Part shown: piece after piece, positions 49,781 through 62,290 of the stretch
Layout: every line of letters starts with the position of its first letter
How positions within the stretch are numbered: position 1 is the stretch's first letter
Origin: Octopus sinensis
Lineage: Eukaryota
DNA length: 64,000 bases
Assembly (NCBI RefSeq): GCF_006345805.1
Contig: NC_042998.1
Location: 84,258,001 to 84,322,000 of the forward strand
Direction: 5' to 3'
Position numbers and translations under genes: made by a program
The notes under the pieces: generated by a model
Database searches by the model: none
Seen by the model: the letters and a program-made list of their open reading frames with translations, nothing else
Told to the model about the DNA's origin: nothing

Positions 49781-51805
49781 GTAACAATCGTTCTTTTCAA
49801 TAATTATACAATGACCTTTAGTGAAATTCTAAAAAATATTTCTTATAGAATCTTTATTTTAACTTTGTAGGTTTCTATCCAAAGTCAATTAATAGCTTAT
49901 TTATTGAGAGGCAGTCATGGGTCTTGCTATGTGCTAAGCAAATTAGGTGCTTAAATCAGTGGTAGGGTGACATGAATAACTTACGCAAATTTTTTTCATC
50001 CAATTAAAAACATGAATGCTTAGTAATAAAGAGAGCAGGTGAGGTCACATCCACAACAGAGAAGGATGGGAAACATGGGTTGGACAGTTTATCTGGTGAT
50101 ATGATCTGTCACATGATGTGGCATCAAACATTTCAAATTTTGCCCAGGGACATTAGATGACAAACAGCAACAAGTATTTACTAATGAAGGGACTCATTAC
50201 GAGTGGTAAACTCAAGTTTATTATATATAGGGATTGACTTGTGACTCCCAGTTTTACTTGTTGAAGCTTATTGAAGCAGACAGTCCTGGAAGCTCTGTGT
50301 GGGTATTTATGACCACTTCTCAGCACCCACACCACACACCATCATCCACATGCACACATGTCATCAAGATCACTAGCCCCTATCCACACATACATGCACT
50401 TAGACATTCTCACATATGCACGCTCACCTTCGTTTTGGGATCACCAATATTTTATTATCTTCACTTCTTTCTACCTCTCCCGTCTTTCTTTTTTTTCCCA
50501 ACCAGTCACCATGCTTGATTGCTAAATACAGTTTTTTTTTATTCTCTCTGTATATTTTCTCTTATTCCTTTCTGTTGAAGAGCGTATGCTTGAAACGTAA
50601 AAGACTTTCTCACTTTCCTGTGCATCAAACTAATACACTTGCTTGTTGTTCATACACCTGTCTTCATCTTTTGTTTAGTATATATATGCATATATGTGTG
50701 TGTATATATGAGTACCTCAATCAATCCTATCCACACATTGCCCCCTCCCCTACATCTCACTTGCATCAGCTCTTCTGTCCTCTCAATGTCACTTTTGTTT
50801 TTTGATATTCAGAACCATCTCACTCCATCCTCCTTGGGTTTGCAGATTTACAAGTTACATGGTGACCTCAATAGTGTCAGGGGCATAAAAACAGTCCTGG
50901 TTCACATTGTAAAGTGGTTGGTGTTAGGAAAGACATCCAGCTGCAGAAACCATGCCAAAGCAGACACTGGAGCACAATGAAGTCCTTGGATTCATTTGGA
51001 TCATGCCAGCATGGAACATAGACGTTACATGACAATGATGATGATGATGATATATAGCTGTGGCTCCATGGTCAAGAAACTTGCTTTCCAACCATGTCTT
51101 TTTTTAGTTCAGTCCCATTGCACTGCACCTTTGGCAAGTGTCTTCTACTCTAGCCCTAGCTTTGATTGATGGAAATTGCAAAATGCATATCGTGTGTGTG
51201 TGTACCATCCAACATATGTCAGCATAGAACAAGGATGTTAAATGATTATGATGATCTATATGTGTTTGTGTGTACCTTTGCTTCGACTTTTCATGATGGT
51301 TGCTAATGAGCATAATCATCATGCAGGTGAGGTTGTTTGTTTCCAGTCTTTCCTGAAAAACATGTTTGGCCATGGAGAAATTTAACCTTGCTTGGAAGCA
51401 GGTGAGGGTTAGTGACAGGAAGGGCATCTGGCTGTACAAAATCTGCTTCAACAAATTCTGTTTGACCTTCTGCAAGCATTGAAATGTGAACATTAAATAA
51501 GCATATTGCTGCATGCATGCACATGCACACCTATCCTCTCCATATGCGTATTTATGTATGTAAGGGCATCCAGCTGTAAAAACCTTGCCAAAACTGACCT
51601 CACCTGTGTTTGTGCCTTATAAAAAGCACTAAGTCCACTTTACTGGAAAGGGCATCCAGCTGTAAAAATCCTGCCAAAACAGTCACAGAAGTCTGGTGCA
51701 GGCTTCTGCCTGGCTGGCCCCTGTCAAACCACTCCACCCATGCCAACATGGAAGGCAGACCTTAAACAATGATGATGATAATGAATGTTTCTATTTTACT
51801 TGTAG

Positions 51806-51928
51806 GAAGTATCTCGCAAGCTGAAGCTAACTTTGATCCCGTTTCTGTCTCATAATAACTTGAGCATGATAATCTTCTCACTCTCCATACTCACCAGTTT
51901 GTGTCTTCAAGAGGAATTAGGAGACAAA
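51806..51928 (+). CDS. CIP2A: CIP2A exon 6: EVSRKLKLTLIPFLSHNNLSMIIFSLSILTSLCLQEELGDK
   Basis: tag|..aaa|gtaagt; 123 nt. Matches human [33 protein letters not shown]. Confidence 0.94.
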
Positions 51929-52070
51929 GTAAGTTACCAGTTACTTTTATTGTTACTATTATTGAAATACTTACATTTTCATTTTGTCTGACTGTTAATG
52001 TACCTTTGCATTACAAAATTACTATTTTTAAATCTCACAAGAGATTTTCAGCAACAGTACTTTGGAACAA

Positions 52071-52340
52071 AGATTTTTGCCAACATAACATGGCAGTCCT
52101 GGTTTAGGACTGCCATGTTATGTTGCTGTAATTTAGCCCCAGGAGACATCGTCTCCAGCTGGCTATACAACATGATCTGTGTCCTTATATTTTCGAACAA
52201 GGGATGCTAGATTCCCTTGTTTGAAAATATAAGGACACAGATCATGTCGTATAGCCAGCTGGAGACGATGTCTCCTGGTGCTAAATTACAGCAACATTCG
52301 TCCTAAACCATGACTGCCATGTTATGTTGGCAAATAATCT
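52071..52340. mobile_element. Fold-back (palindromic) MITE-like element in CIP2A intron 6
   Basis: Near-perfect inverted arms of about 130 nt around a loop of about 5-8 nt at about 52205-52210. Confidence 0.85.
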
Positions 52341-53015
52341 ATACCTTTGCATTGTGTAATTTTGTGTCTGTAGGTATGTGTAAACTTTTGTAAGTAAGCA
52401 GTCATGTACACATACATTTATATGCTTTAATATTTCTTGACATAAAACTTATATTGGTGTGAGAGAAAAGTAAGCATAATCTTTTGGATGTGTGAAGTTA
52501 GTTAAAACTTTTTTGGTTTTTTGATCTGGTGGAAGAGGCTAAGCCCATGGCCTTTGCACATTCTCTGACACCTTTGTGATATCAATGTGGTAAACGTTTC
52601 TCTCTAGTAGTCATCAGCCCTGTAGATGGCCACAGGAAAAACATATATACAGTATAAGAATTTCAATACTCTGAGGTGGAAGGACTAGGTATAATGATTA
52701 ATGTTGGGTTTTGAGATTGGGGTGGGATACATTATTGGTGGCAAGAGGAAGAGGAGGAGATGAAAGGGTCAGGAATGTTAGTGTGGATGTGACACAAAAC
52801 CAGTTACCTCTGAGGAAGCAAAGGTCTTGTAGTGTGTGTATTTTTTATATATGGATATATTCACACTTACATAGAGTCAAATGAAAATAGATTGATCTGC
52901 ACGTGTTTATATTTTCCAAAATGAATTATCAGAGATTCTGTTTCTAGATTATTCCATATTCTTTATTTTACCAAATAAATATTTGTTTCTCATTTACTCC
53001 CAATTTTGTTGACAG

Positions 53016-53161
53016 CTATTCAATGCCAACAACATCAACCAGACATTCAAGATGATGTTTAATATTGTTATTAATGGTGAATCAGGAACCAGTCGTCTTT
53101 ATGCCATTGATTTATTTATTGACATGATGAAGAATTCCAAAATACAGCAGCTCCTTGCTGT
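53016..53161 (+). CDS. CIP2A: CIP2A exon 7: LFNANNINQTFKMMFNIVINGESGTSRLYAIDLFIDMMKNSKIQQLLA(V)
   Basis: cag|..gt|gtaagt. Matches human [23 protein letters not shown]. Confidence 0.95.
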
Positions 53162-55449
53162 GTAAGTAAAATTGTTGATCTGTAACTGAATGTTTGTTTT
53201 GTTGTCAGTTCACTTCTCACCCATGTGTTTTTTTGGTTGGAACTACAAGGACCATAAAATCAAACTGGTGCCCCTGTTTAAAGCCATTTCATTTAACTTG
53301 TTCTGTTTGTAATTTTGGAAACATAATGAATGTAACCATATCACAGTCCCTCAGTCTTATAAATCTAAGGTGTTGTGCCTGTAGTGGGAATATTCAGTAA
53401 ACAGATCACTACATCCGATGTCGCAACTTGCTAAAAAAAATCTGACCAATGAAGACTTTGTGTGGAACTGGCTCCAATAACAATTTAATCTTTTGGCACA
53501 CTTCTTTCTGAACCTAACCATCAATATAAATTCAGCACACCTTAGCTACTTAGACAGGGAGCATTGAGAAACAGCAGATAGACAGCGAACAGATGCACAC
53601 AGCTGCTGACCCAATCTGACAGCAGCTAAACAATGAATGACAGCAACACCAGCACCAACTCACCACACTTTGACTGCTATTACAATCAAACCAAGGACAG
53701 TAACATTCAAATTCTGTTGATGTTTTTGATGTTTGTAGTAATGACAGCATTTTTGTTTGTTTATGAAAAGAATAAATATTTTTTATCATAAATCTCAACA
53801 GATATCAGTTTTCTTCTTCTGTAAGAATTAGCACTTCCTTCTCTAAGCTTGGATTCGAAATCAGACCCAAGAATCATTGGTCGTAAAATACCAATGCACA
53901 AAAAGGCGCCAAATCAGAATCTCTTTGTTCTGACAAAAAATGATGGATCGTCTCCCTTCGACCTCTGACCTGAGCAGGTCAGACGAAGTTTAACAGGATG
54001 ACCAGCGACCTACTTTAATGATAACTCTCTTGCGATATATCTATTTTTCTGGCTATTTGAGATTTTATAAATAGAATGGAGAAATAGATATCTGGAGAGA
54101 ACCAGAATCAACGCTTAAGAGAACGCCACGCATTTATGGAGACGACGAGAGAATATTCAGAAAGGTGACTCTGTCCTGCATGATTTACTCACACACACAC
54201 ACACACCATCAAACATATTCTCCTTTAATATGTACTATGTATTGCGCATTCTTTAATATGTATTATTTGCAAGCATTATTTAATATGCATTTTGTACAAG
54301 CGATGTGTAGCATTGCTTACAAATTGATGTAGTGAAAATAAATCTTTAATTTATTACAAAACGACTTATGTATTTATAATACATCACGCATCCACTACAC
54401 TTCGTATTTGCCTCTGTAACTAATTGTTACTATTACCAGTAACTACCTGACACTACTTTTTCTTAATTATTTAGTTATTTTATTCATTGTAATCAGTGAA
54501 AAAAGGCATATTGTGTTGATGGAAATACTTTAAAATGTCTGACCGAATCCAACACAAAGGTATGACTTGCAACAGACTAATATAGACTAGAGAAGAAATA
54601 ATTAGGACAAGTTGAAATAGACTTAGCAGATGAGATTACATTAAAGTGAAGTATGTATATGTTTGTTAACTTGTGAACCTGTCTCATCTATTCCTGCTGG
54701 GAAGAATGATTATTACATTGATGATAGTGATGATATCTTTCCAGGTAACAATGGTCTATGAAATTATGTAGATTCTTTAATTCTATTTATTTTCTATGTC
54801 GCCTTACTGGCAGTGATCGTTACCAGTGTCGCCTTACTGGCCCATGAAAAAACATTTGAGTGAGGTCATTGCCAGTGCCGCTGGACTGGCTCCTGTGTAG
54901 GTGGCACGTAAAAAACACCATTTGAGTGTGGCCGTTGCCAGTACCACCTGACTGCCCTCGTGCTGGTGGCACGTAAAAGCACCCACTACACTCTCGGAGT
55001 GGTTGGTGTTAGGAAGGGCAGATCAGATTGGAGCCTGGTGCAGCCTTCTGGTTCACCAGTCCTCAGTCAAATCGTCCAATCCACGCTAGCATGTAAAGCG
55101 GATGTTAAACGATGATGATGATTATGTTTAGAGTTGTGCCTGTCTAGCAAGTGACTTGATCATGTAAGAGTGACTCTAGCCATTTAATAATAATACGCAT
55201 TATTACTACCAAAATTTTCATTGCAAAGCTACAAACCTGGCAACTGTTCCATTTAGTGGAACAGTGTCAATGACCAAGTTGCAAAAGGGTGAGGGTGAAA
55301 GAAAAAATAAATAGAATTTCAAAATCTTATGAAATAAATTGAAATTTAAATTGAATTTAACAGGTCTCTGTGTTATTAAATGGTTCTTCCATGATTTAAT
55401 TTATTCTATTTATTTTCTAGTTATCTATTTTATTTTATTTTTACATCAG

Positions 55450-55525
55450 GTTTACTCACCTTTCTGCATCATTGAAGGAAGTCTTTGTACTTTTAGGAAG
55501 TTGCTCTGCACTGACTGCTACAAAG
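55450..55525 (+). CDS. CIP2A: CIP2A exon 8: FTHLSASLKEVFVLLGSCSALTATK
   Basis: cag|g..aag|gtatgc; 76 nt. Restores phase 0 and aligns to human [25 protein letters not shown]. Confidence 0.85.
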
Positions 55526-55949
55526 GTATGCTCTTAGCTTGTTGAGTAACTCTTTTATCTTGTTACCTTCAGCCAACATTAACTGAGCCCTGCCAACAGG
55601 TGTCACTAACCTTCACATAAGCGTTTTCACACAATCCTGCTATGAGCCGATACTAAGTAATGTGTAAATAACATGTTTAGAAATTACATTACAGAAAGCT
55701 GCTTTATAAAAATACAATCCAAGTATTTTGTTTTTGGATTTGGTTTGCAAGATTCTTTATATGAGTTTGTGTGTTGAAGCATATTCTGTTGTGCCTGGAG
55801 AGAGTCATTTTCTTTTTGTGCCTAAAAATTTAACACATTCACCAGTAAAATTTCCACTTATTTCCTATTTTTATTTTCCTAAAATTTTCGTTGCATCTTG
55901 CAACCTTTTTAATAGTCTTGATTCTGTCCGTTATTTACACTGCATTCCT

Positions 55950-56360
55950 TTTTGTTTGTTTGTGCGCATGTGTGTTGGGTCAGTGTGTGTGTGCGCCTAT
56001 GCATGCCTGTGTGTGTGTATATGTATGTGTGTATGCATATGTATATATGTATGTGTGTGCATCTGTATGTATGTATTCTGCATATTCATGTGCTTGCATG
56101 TCCATGTTTGTGTATTTTCTATGTATGTGTGTGAGTGTGTGTTTGTATATGTATGCACCTCGGTCTCCTTGTGTGTGTGTGTTTTGCAACTATGTACCAT
56201 GTTTGTATGTATGGATGTGCATCTCTATATGTGTGAACCCGTGTCTCCATATGTGACCTTGTGTAGAGTAAAGTGTGTGTATATATGGTCATGTGTTTCA
56301 GTCTCCATTTGCGTATGTGTGCTTGTCTGTTCTTATAACCTATGTACCTATCTGTCTGTA
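55950..56360. repeat. Degenerate (TG/TA)n microsatellite tract
   Basis: Directly visible; it generates spurious Cys/Val-rich ORFs. Confidence 0.9.
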
Positions 56361-56548
56361 TGTTGATCTGTTTATTTTCATATCCATATGCCTACATACA
56401 AAAAAAAATACAACCCACGTATGATATCTGTCTACCATCCTGTATTCTGGTCACAGATGTGGTCCATGTTAGACATCTCAGCCTTTCTGTGGTGTTTGTC
56501 CTTCTTTTCTTAAGCATCTCATTAAATAATTTTCCTTCAACTTTTCAG

Positions 56549-56764
56549 GTGTTTGAACTCTTCATTTCATTCTGTTCGGTCAAAAGTATTCGGAAAACGC
56601 TCAGCTATTATCTATTTGATCTCTCCCAATACAATGACCCAACAGCACCAAAGAATGTCACAACCTTCCATCTTGAGGCTATGACTAGCTGGATTTCATC
56701 ATCGCTCGATTCCGAGATAGAAGCCTCATGCAGAGCTCTGGAATTATGTATTGAAATTTTGGAG
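56549..56764 (+). CDS. CIP2A: CIP2A exon 9: VFELFISFCSVKSIRKTL..EASCRALELCIEILE
   Basis: cag|..gag|gtattt; 216 nt. Matches human VLELLLAFCSVTQLRHML..LALELFKEIFE. Confidence 0.92.
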
Positions 56765-57773
56765 GTATTTGGAGATTTCGATTACTGCTAACACTAAACA
56801 TCATTGATATTGACATAGATTCACTGTTCCCAAACCATCATAATCATCATCATAACTATCATTGCTATTTCCATTTTGAGGTTCATCAAACTCTTTCATT
56901 TCCACTTAAACAACATCATTACTAAATGTCTCAATACCATCTTTACATAAAATATTGCTTGTCATTTTCTTTTTATCTATTTTACAAAACTAAACCATTT
57001 TCTTGTGTCCTATTTCATACAGTTTATAACTAAAGTCTTTTACTTCCATAAATCTTTTTACTTTTTCTGCAAAACTTCCGGATTCTTAAAAACATTATAT
57101 TACATTGTATTTGAAAATAAGAGCAAAAAAATCTGTTCAAAATGATATTACTGTATAACTAACAAACATTTCATTAGCATTGAGTATTGATTACAAATTC
57201 TTACTTGTTGGATTAAAAGAATCCTGACTCAGTTAGTAAAATACCAATGATAGAAAGAATGTTGTAGGCTGAACTATTGTGGTGCTTTCACCACCACCAA
57301 TAACTCTCTCAGAATGAAATACAAGTATTAACATATAAAGTGCGATGGGTCACAAACGTGGCCGTCAGGTAGAGGCCGACAGGCCACAATCGTGGCCCAG
57401 ATAGATGCATTTAATTTATGGGCATTTGTTAGGGTCTAATGTCACTCAAACTATTCGATCCCCTACAGAATGCAAGAGGAGTAATAGTTCAACTAATGTC
57501 TTTTCAGATGATGTAAAACTTGCCACCATTATATACTAAGAAGATATTTTAACTATTTTTTTGTTTTTTATGTGTGCATTGGTAGTCTCATTTTCATAAA
57601 ATGTGCTCAGCAGCCAGTGCTATGTAAGTGCAAATCCTAGCACTTAATGGGTTAACAATATCATCATGAGAATGTCAACAGATAAGCTAGAATCCCTTTT
57701 TGGTTAAAGAATATTCATTCCTTTTCCTTACATGATAACTATTGAACGGTTTCTATCCTGTTTTCTTCTTTAG

Positions 57774-57933
57774 GAATTGAATCAAAACAGTTGGCTTAAA
57801 GACCAAGAAAAGTCTGTAGAATCTCTCCTAACTGTTTTGCACAAAAGTCTAAAGGCTTCTCCTCCAGTCGCTCACCCAACAGCCATGAAAACTTTCTGCC
57901 AAAAACAAATCCTCGTTATTAAAACACTTTATA
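57774..57933 (+). CDS. CIP2A: CIP2A exon 10: ELNQNSWLKDQEKSVESLLTVLHKSLKASPPVAHPTAMKTFCQKQILVIKTLY
   Basis: Polypyrimidine tag| acceptor. Ends at ATATCCTTTT (U12 AT-AC donor). Aligns to human ..LLLPTILDQL..KKCERIAKAIEVLL. Later exons were not found in the window. Confidence 0.8.
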
Positions 57934-57943
57934 ATATCCTTTT
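57934..57943 (+). other. U12-type (minor spliceosome) AT-AC 5' splice site
   Basis: ATATCCTTTT matches the minor-class donor consensus exactly, at the point where CIP2A similarity ends. Confidence 0.75.
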
Positions 57944-60722
57944 GATGCTAATATTGGAATATTTAAATCGACTTGTTATTCAGATGTATTTCATAAAGGA
58001 CTCATGCTCTGTTCATGGTTCCTCCTTTGTGTATGTTCATCATCATCATTCTCCTCCTCCTCATCATTGTTTTAACGTTCACCTTTTCCATGTTTCTATG
58101 GGTCAGATAGAATTCGTTGATGCAGATTTTCTATGGCCGGATGCCCTTTTGCTGTCCCACTTCCAAACGATAATTTTCACCATTGCTGGACATGTTCCCA
58201 CAGAAGATCAGAAGTGAACAACACCACTTGTCTGATAGTTAGTTCACATTGTTCTGTAAAGAGCATGGGGCCGGTTTCCTGGCTTCTCTGATGTATCTAT
58301 TCACCCCTGAATGGGATGTCAGCCAGTCGCAGGATTACTCATTTTCACCAGTTGAGTGGACTGGAGCAATGTGAAATAAAGTGTTTTGTTCCAGAACACA
58401 TCACCCAGTCCAGGAATCAAACCGACAATCTTATGGTCATGAGTCCAACACTCTTACCACTAAGCCATGTGCCTTCTTTTCTCTCCTGGTAGCAGGATAT
58501 TCCATTTTAATGCCAAACATCCTATACTAAATATAAATTTATAGAAGTTTAACCTCTGCTTTAGCTATTGTGTTCTGACCCCTTGGTCAGGTGCATTATT
58601 CTGCTGACTTCAGTTTATTGCCTGGTTTGTATTATTACCCCACATTACAGTTCAGTGGTTAGCTGTGAAAGCAATAAGTAAATGTACAAATAGATGTGAA
58701 GTAAGAAAACACAAGTAAAAGCATTTAGGGTTTGAACAGTGCATTTTAGATTTTTTTCAAATTCGATGTGGTTTTGATTGTGCAATAAATTCAAATATTG
58801 GAGCAAATTACTGGATAAGGTATTTATTGCTCATTATTATCCCTCTCATGCGAAATTGATAAGAAACTTAATTAGGTTATTAAGACAAGAAGAGTAGTCT
58901 TCCTTGCATGCAGCCATTTCCAGTGGCTAAGATCTCAGCTTTGAACTTCCTCAACCTCTTGGAGCAATGTTTCCCAACCAAGGATGATAGAAATTCATTT
59001 GAAAAGAGCTGGGAATTCAAAATTAAATTTCATTTTCTTTTGTGAAAGATTTAAGAAGGGATGCTAGCCAATTCAAATTGTCATCAAAGAGGGTGAAACA
59101 TTGACTTAGAGCCTGCTTTTTTAGTTATACTAAGAATTCAATTATTTCTAAGAGACTGACTGGATTTTTACATCCTCTCCATTATGTTATCCTAATGATA
59201 ACAGCATCCTTATAATTTTAACAGCCATTTTTCTGTATTTGCATGGATGAGACGGAGTTTATTGAGGTAGATTTTCTATGGCCTGATGCCCTTCTTGTCA
59301 TCGACCCTCACCTATTTCCCAGCAAATTATTATTTCTCCATAGCCAGACGCGTTTCTACAGAATATTGGAAATCAATGCCAATGACACTCATTTACAACT
59401 ACCATGTAATGTCAAGACAAGGAGACACAAGCATACATACCCTTCACATCACATATAATAGGCTTCTACACAGTTTCCACCTACCAATTCCGTATGCACG
59501 ACTTTTGTTAACTATAATAAAAGACACTTGCTGAAGGTGCTATGCAGTGAAATTGAACCCAAAACTATGTGGTTGGGAAGTAAACGCTTTAACCACATAC
59601 CCATGACTTGTATATAGCATTAAAAAACAATTGATAATCCTTTAATAAACATTGTAGCTGAAGGATATCTTTGTCCTGTATGATCTCTCAATTTAGTTGT
59701 AACTAAACAAATGAAAGACATCTTCCCATGGATGGATGCCTGTTTCAGGCAAGAAACTTTTCTCATAGCACCTGTCCTATTTTTTAACTACCAGACAACC
59801 TGTGGGACACAGAATATTGTGTCCTGTACAGAGTTGCTGTGAATCACTTAAAATGAATTTGAACTCATGACCCCCTTTTAATTGCTTATATTTAAGCATC
59901 CCTCAACTAATGAAACGTACACGCGAGAACTGATCTTGCAAGGGCAATAACTCTGAATAAGAACTAATTCCAACCGTGACAACCTCTCCTATGCATGCGG
60001 ACGTAATATGATAATAATGATGATGAATAGCATGTAAGATCCTGAGCGAAATGAGACTTTAAAGGTGCTTTGATGTGTTCTTTAGGGATAATAGATATTT
60101 AGATGACGATCATAGGTTGGTAACTTAGAAATGGTACACAGTTATTAGATTAAATACTTTCTTTTACAGTTTTTTTAAAAAATCTACTGATTTCAAATCC
60201 TGCCAAGTTCTGACCGGATGACAAAGAAAGCAGTCAATAACCAAAGTAGATATGAAGAAAAAGCTTTAGTATTTATATTTCTTAAACGTAAATATACCTG
60301 CTAAAGCGAGGAAGACTTCGAAGTATCCACCAAGGAATAAAAAGTTTCTGTAAGATTCTTATTGCACAGTACAAGCCTCTGTGTTCAAGGGCAATAACTC
60401 TGCCGATATGATTTCTTAATGTATTCTCTTCGAATCTTCATATTTGCATCTAATTCACCGAGGAATTGATTTGAGTACAAAGACAAGTAAAAAAAAACTG
60501 TGTTGCTTTGGGTTAGGGTCGAGTGGAATCGAATGTAAAAGTGATTATAATAGTGGAGATAATGCTTCCTGCAGATTATAGGGAATTAATATAGAGTCAG
60601 TGTGAAATAATGGGGAAGGAGGTATAGTCAATTAGGTTGATCCCTACTAAAGCACTGGTATTTTAACTAAATGGATGAAAGACGAAATTGACTCTGAAAA
60701 GACTGCAATAATAATAATAATA

Positions 60723-61055
60723 ATAAGAGCACTCAGAGACCACAAACCTCCATCAAGTCAACACCAACGTCCTCTCAATGAGATAAACTCGACTACTCTC
60801 AGAAACAGGAATACTAAAAATGAACCTGACCACTCTCAAAAATTAAGTACAAAAAAACCTGAAAAATAATCCACAATCTTTGCCAGGTACCGGATCAATC
60901 CCAAAATTTAATCAGGTTGTGCTAGTCACGAGGCCAAACATCCCTGAAAGTTTCATCCGAATCCATCCAGCAGTTCTTCAGATATCTTGACCATGGACAA
61001 ACAAATAAACACAACTGAAAACAATACCTCTGCCTTCGCTAAGGCAGAAGTAATA
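60723..61055 (-). mobile_element. HINE-like element, second copy
   Basis: Reverse-complement homologue of 5176-5533, with terminal hairpin ACCTCTGCCTT-CGCT-AAGGCAGAAGT. Confidence 0.55.
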
Positions 61056-61059
61056 ATCC

Positions 61060-62290
61060 TCTCTACTAAAAGCACAAAGACTGAAATTTGTGGGGAGGGG
61101 ACTAGTCAATTACATCTACTCCAATGTTTCACTGGTACTTAAATTATCGATTTCTTAAGGACAAAAGGCAAAGTTGATATTAGCAGAATTTAGCTACAGA
61201 CAAATAAACCACTGAGCATTTCGCTCAGCTTGCCACCTTAATAATCCTTTCTACTGGAAGTACAAGGCCTGAAATTTGGGTGAAGTGTTTAAGTCGATTA
61301 CATCAACCCCAGTGCATAACTGGTACTTATTTAATCAACCCTGAAAGGATGAAAGGCAAAGTTGACCCCCGGCAGAATTGGAACTCAGAACATAGTGACG
61401 GACGAAATACAAGTGAAAAGCAGCTAAGTTAACGATTCTTTTTCACTCTAGGCACAAGGCCTGAAATTTTGAGGGAGAGGACCAGTACACAACTGGTATT
61501 TAATTTATCAACCCTGAAAGGATGAAAGGCAAAGTCGGCCTCGGAGGAATTTGCACTCAGAACATAAGACAGACGAAATACCTATTTCTTTATTACCCAC
61601 AAGGGGCTAAACACAGAGGGGACAAACAAGGACAGACATAAGTATTAAGTCGATTACATCGACTCCAGTGCGTAACTGGTACTTAATTTATCGACCCCGA
61701 AAGGATGAAAGGCAAAGTCGACCTCAGCGGAATTTGAACTCACAACGTTGCGCCAGACGAAATACCGCTAAGCATTTCGTCCGGCACACTAACGTTTCTG
61801 CCAGCTCACCACATTTCCACTGTATTCATCATCATCATTTATGTGCATCTTTCCCATGTTAGATGGGGTTTCTGGGACAGTATTTTACAACTGGATATCC
61901 TTCTTGTCATCAATGTTGTACTCATATCTTACAACATATGTATCTATTTTAAAGCAAAAATAGACATGTTAAATACACTTTATCACTTTTACTTCGTTTT
62001 TATGTCCATTTTTCCATACCAGCATGGTTTAGACTGAAATGGTGATGATTATAATAAATTTAAAATGTCTTTAGGCGCTGAGCTGGCAGAAACGTCAGCA
62101 CGCTGGGCAAAATGCTTAGCGATATTTTGTCTGTCTTTACATTCTGAGTTCAAATTTCACCGAGGTTGACTTTGCTTTCATCCTTTCGGGGTCAATAAAA
62201 TAAGTACCAGTTGTGTACTGGGGTCAATTTAATCAACTGGCCTCCATCCCCAAAAATTTCGGGCCTTGTGCCTAGAGTAGAAAAGAATAT
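61060..62290. mobile_element. Cluster of tRNA-derived SINE family B copies (several on -, one on + at 62073-62288)
   Basis: Repeated GAGCTGGCAGAA..TTCTGAGTTCAAATT..TTTCATCCTTTCGGGGTCGATAAATTAAGTACCAG. Other copies at 5540-5960, 8400-8620, 26680-27070, 37790-38340. Confidence 0.8.

Noticed and set aside
55728-56366. 212-aa Cys/Val-rich ORF and overlapping ORFs
   Set aside because: Translation of a degenerate TG/TA microsatellite in CIP2A intron 8; no splice or domain support.
58885-59040. Possible CIP2A exon 11 (..VAKISALNFLNLLEQCF..) after a CTTAAT motif
   Set aside because: It would require an AT-AG intron, similarity to human IAKILTTVKCTTLIEQQF is weak and gapped, and there is no good donor.
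60270-60350. TTCTTAAAC..TATAC as the U12 branch point and acceptor
   Set aside because: The following frame (TAKARKTSKYPPRNKKF) has no CIP2A similarity and is short.
61895-61902. Second ATATCCTT motif
   Set aside because: Lies in a decayed family-C repeat (GGATGCCCTT variant) with no upstream exon.
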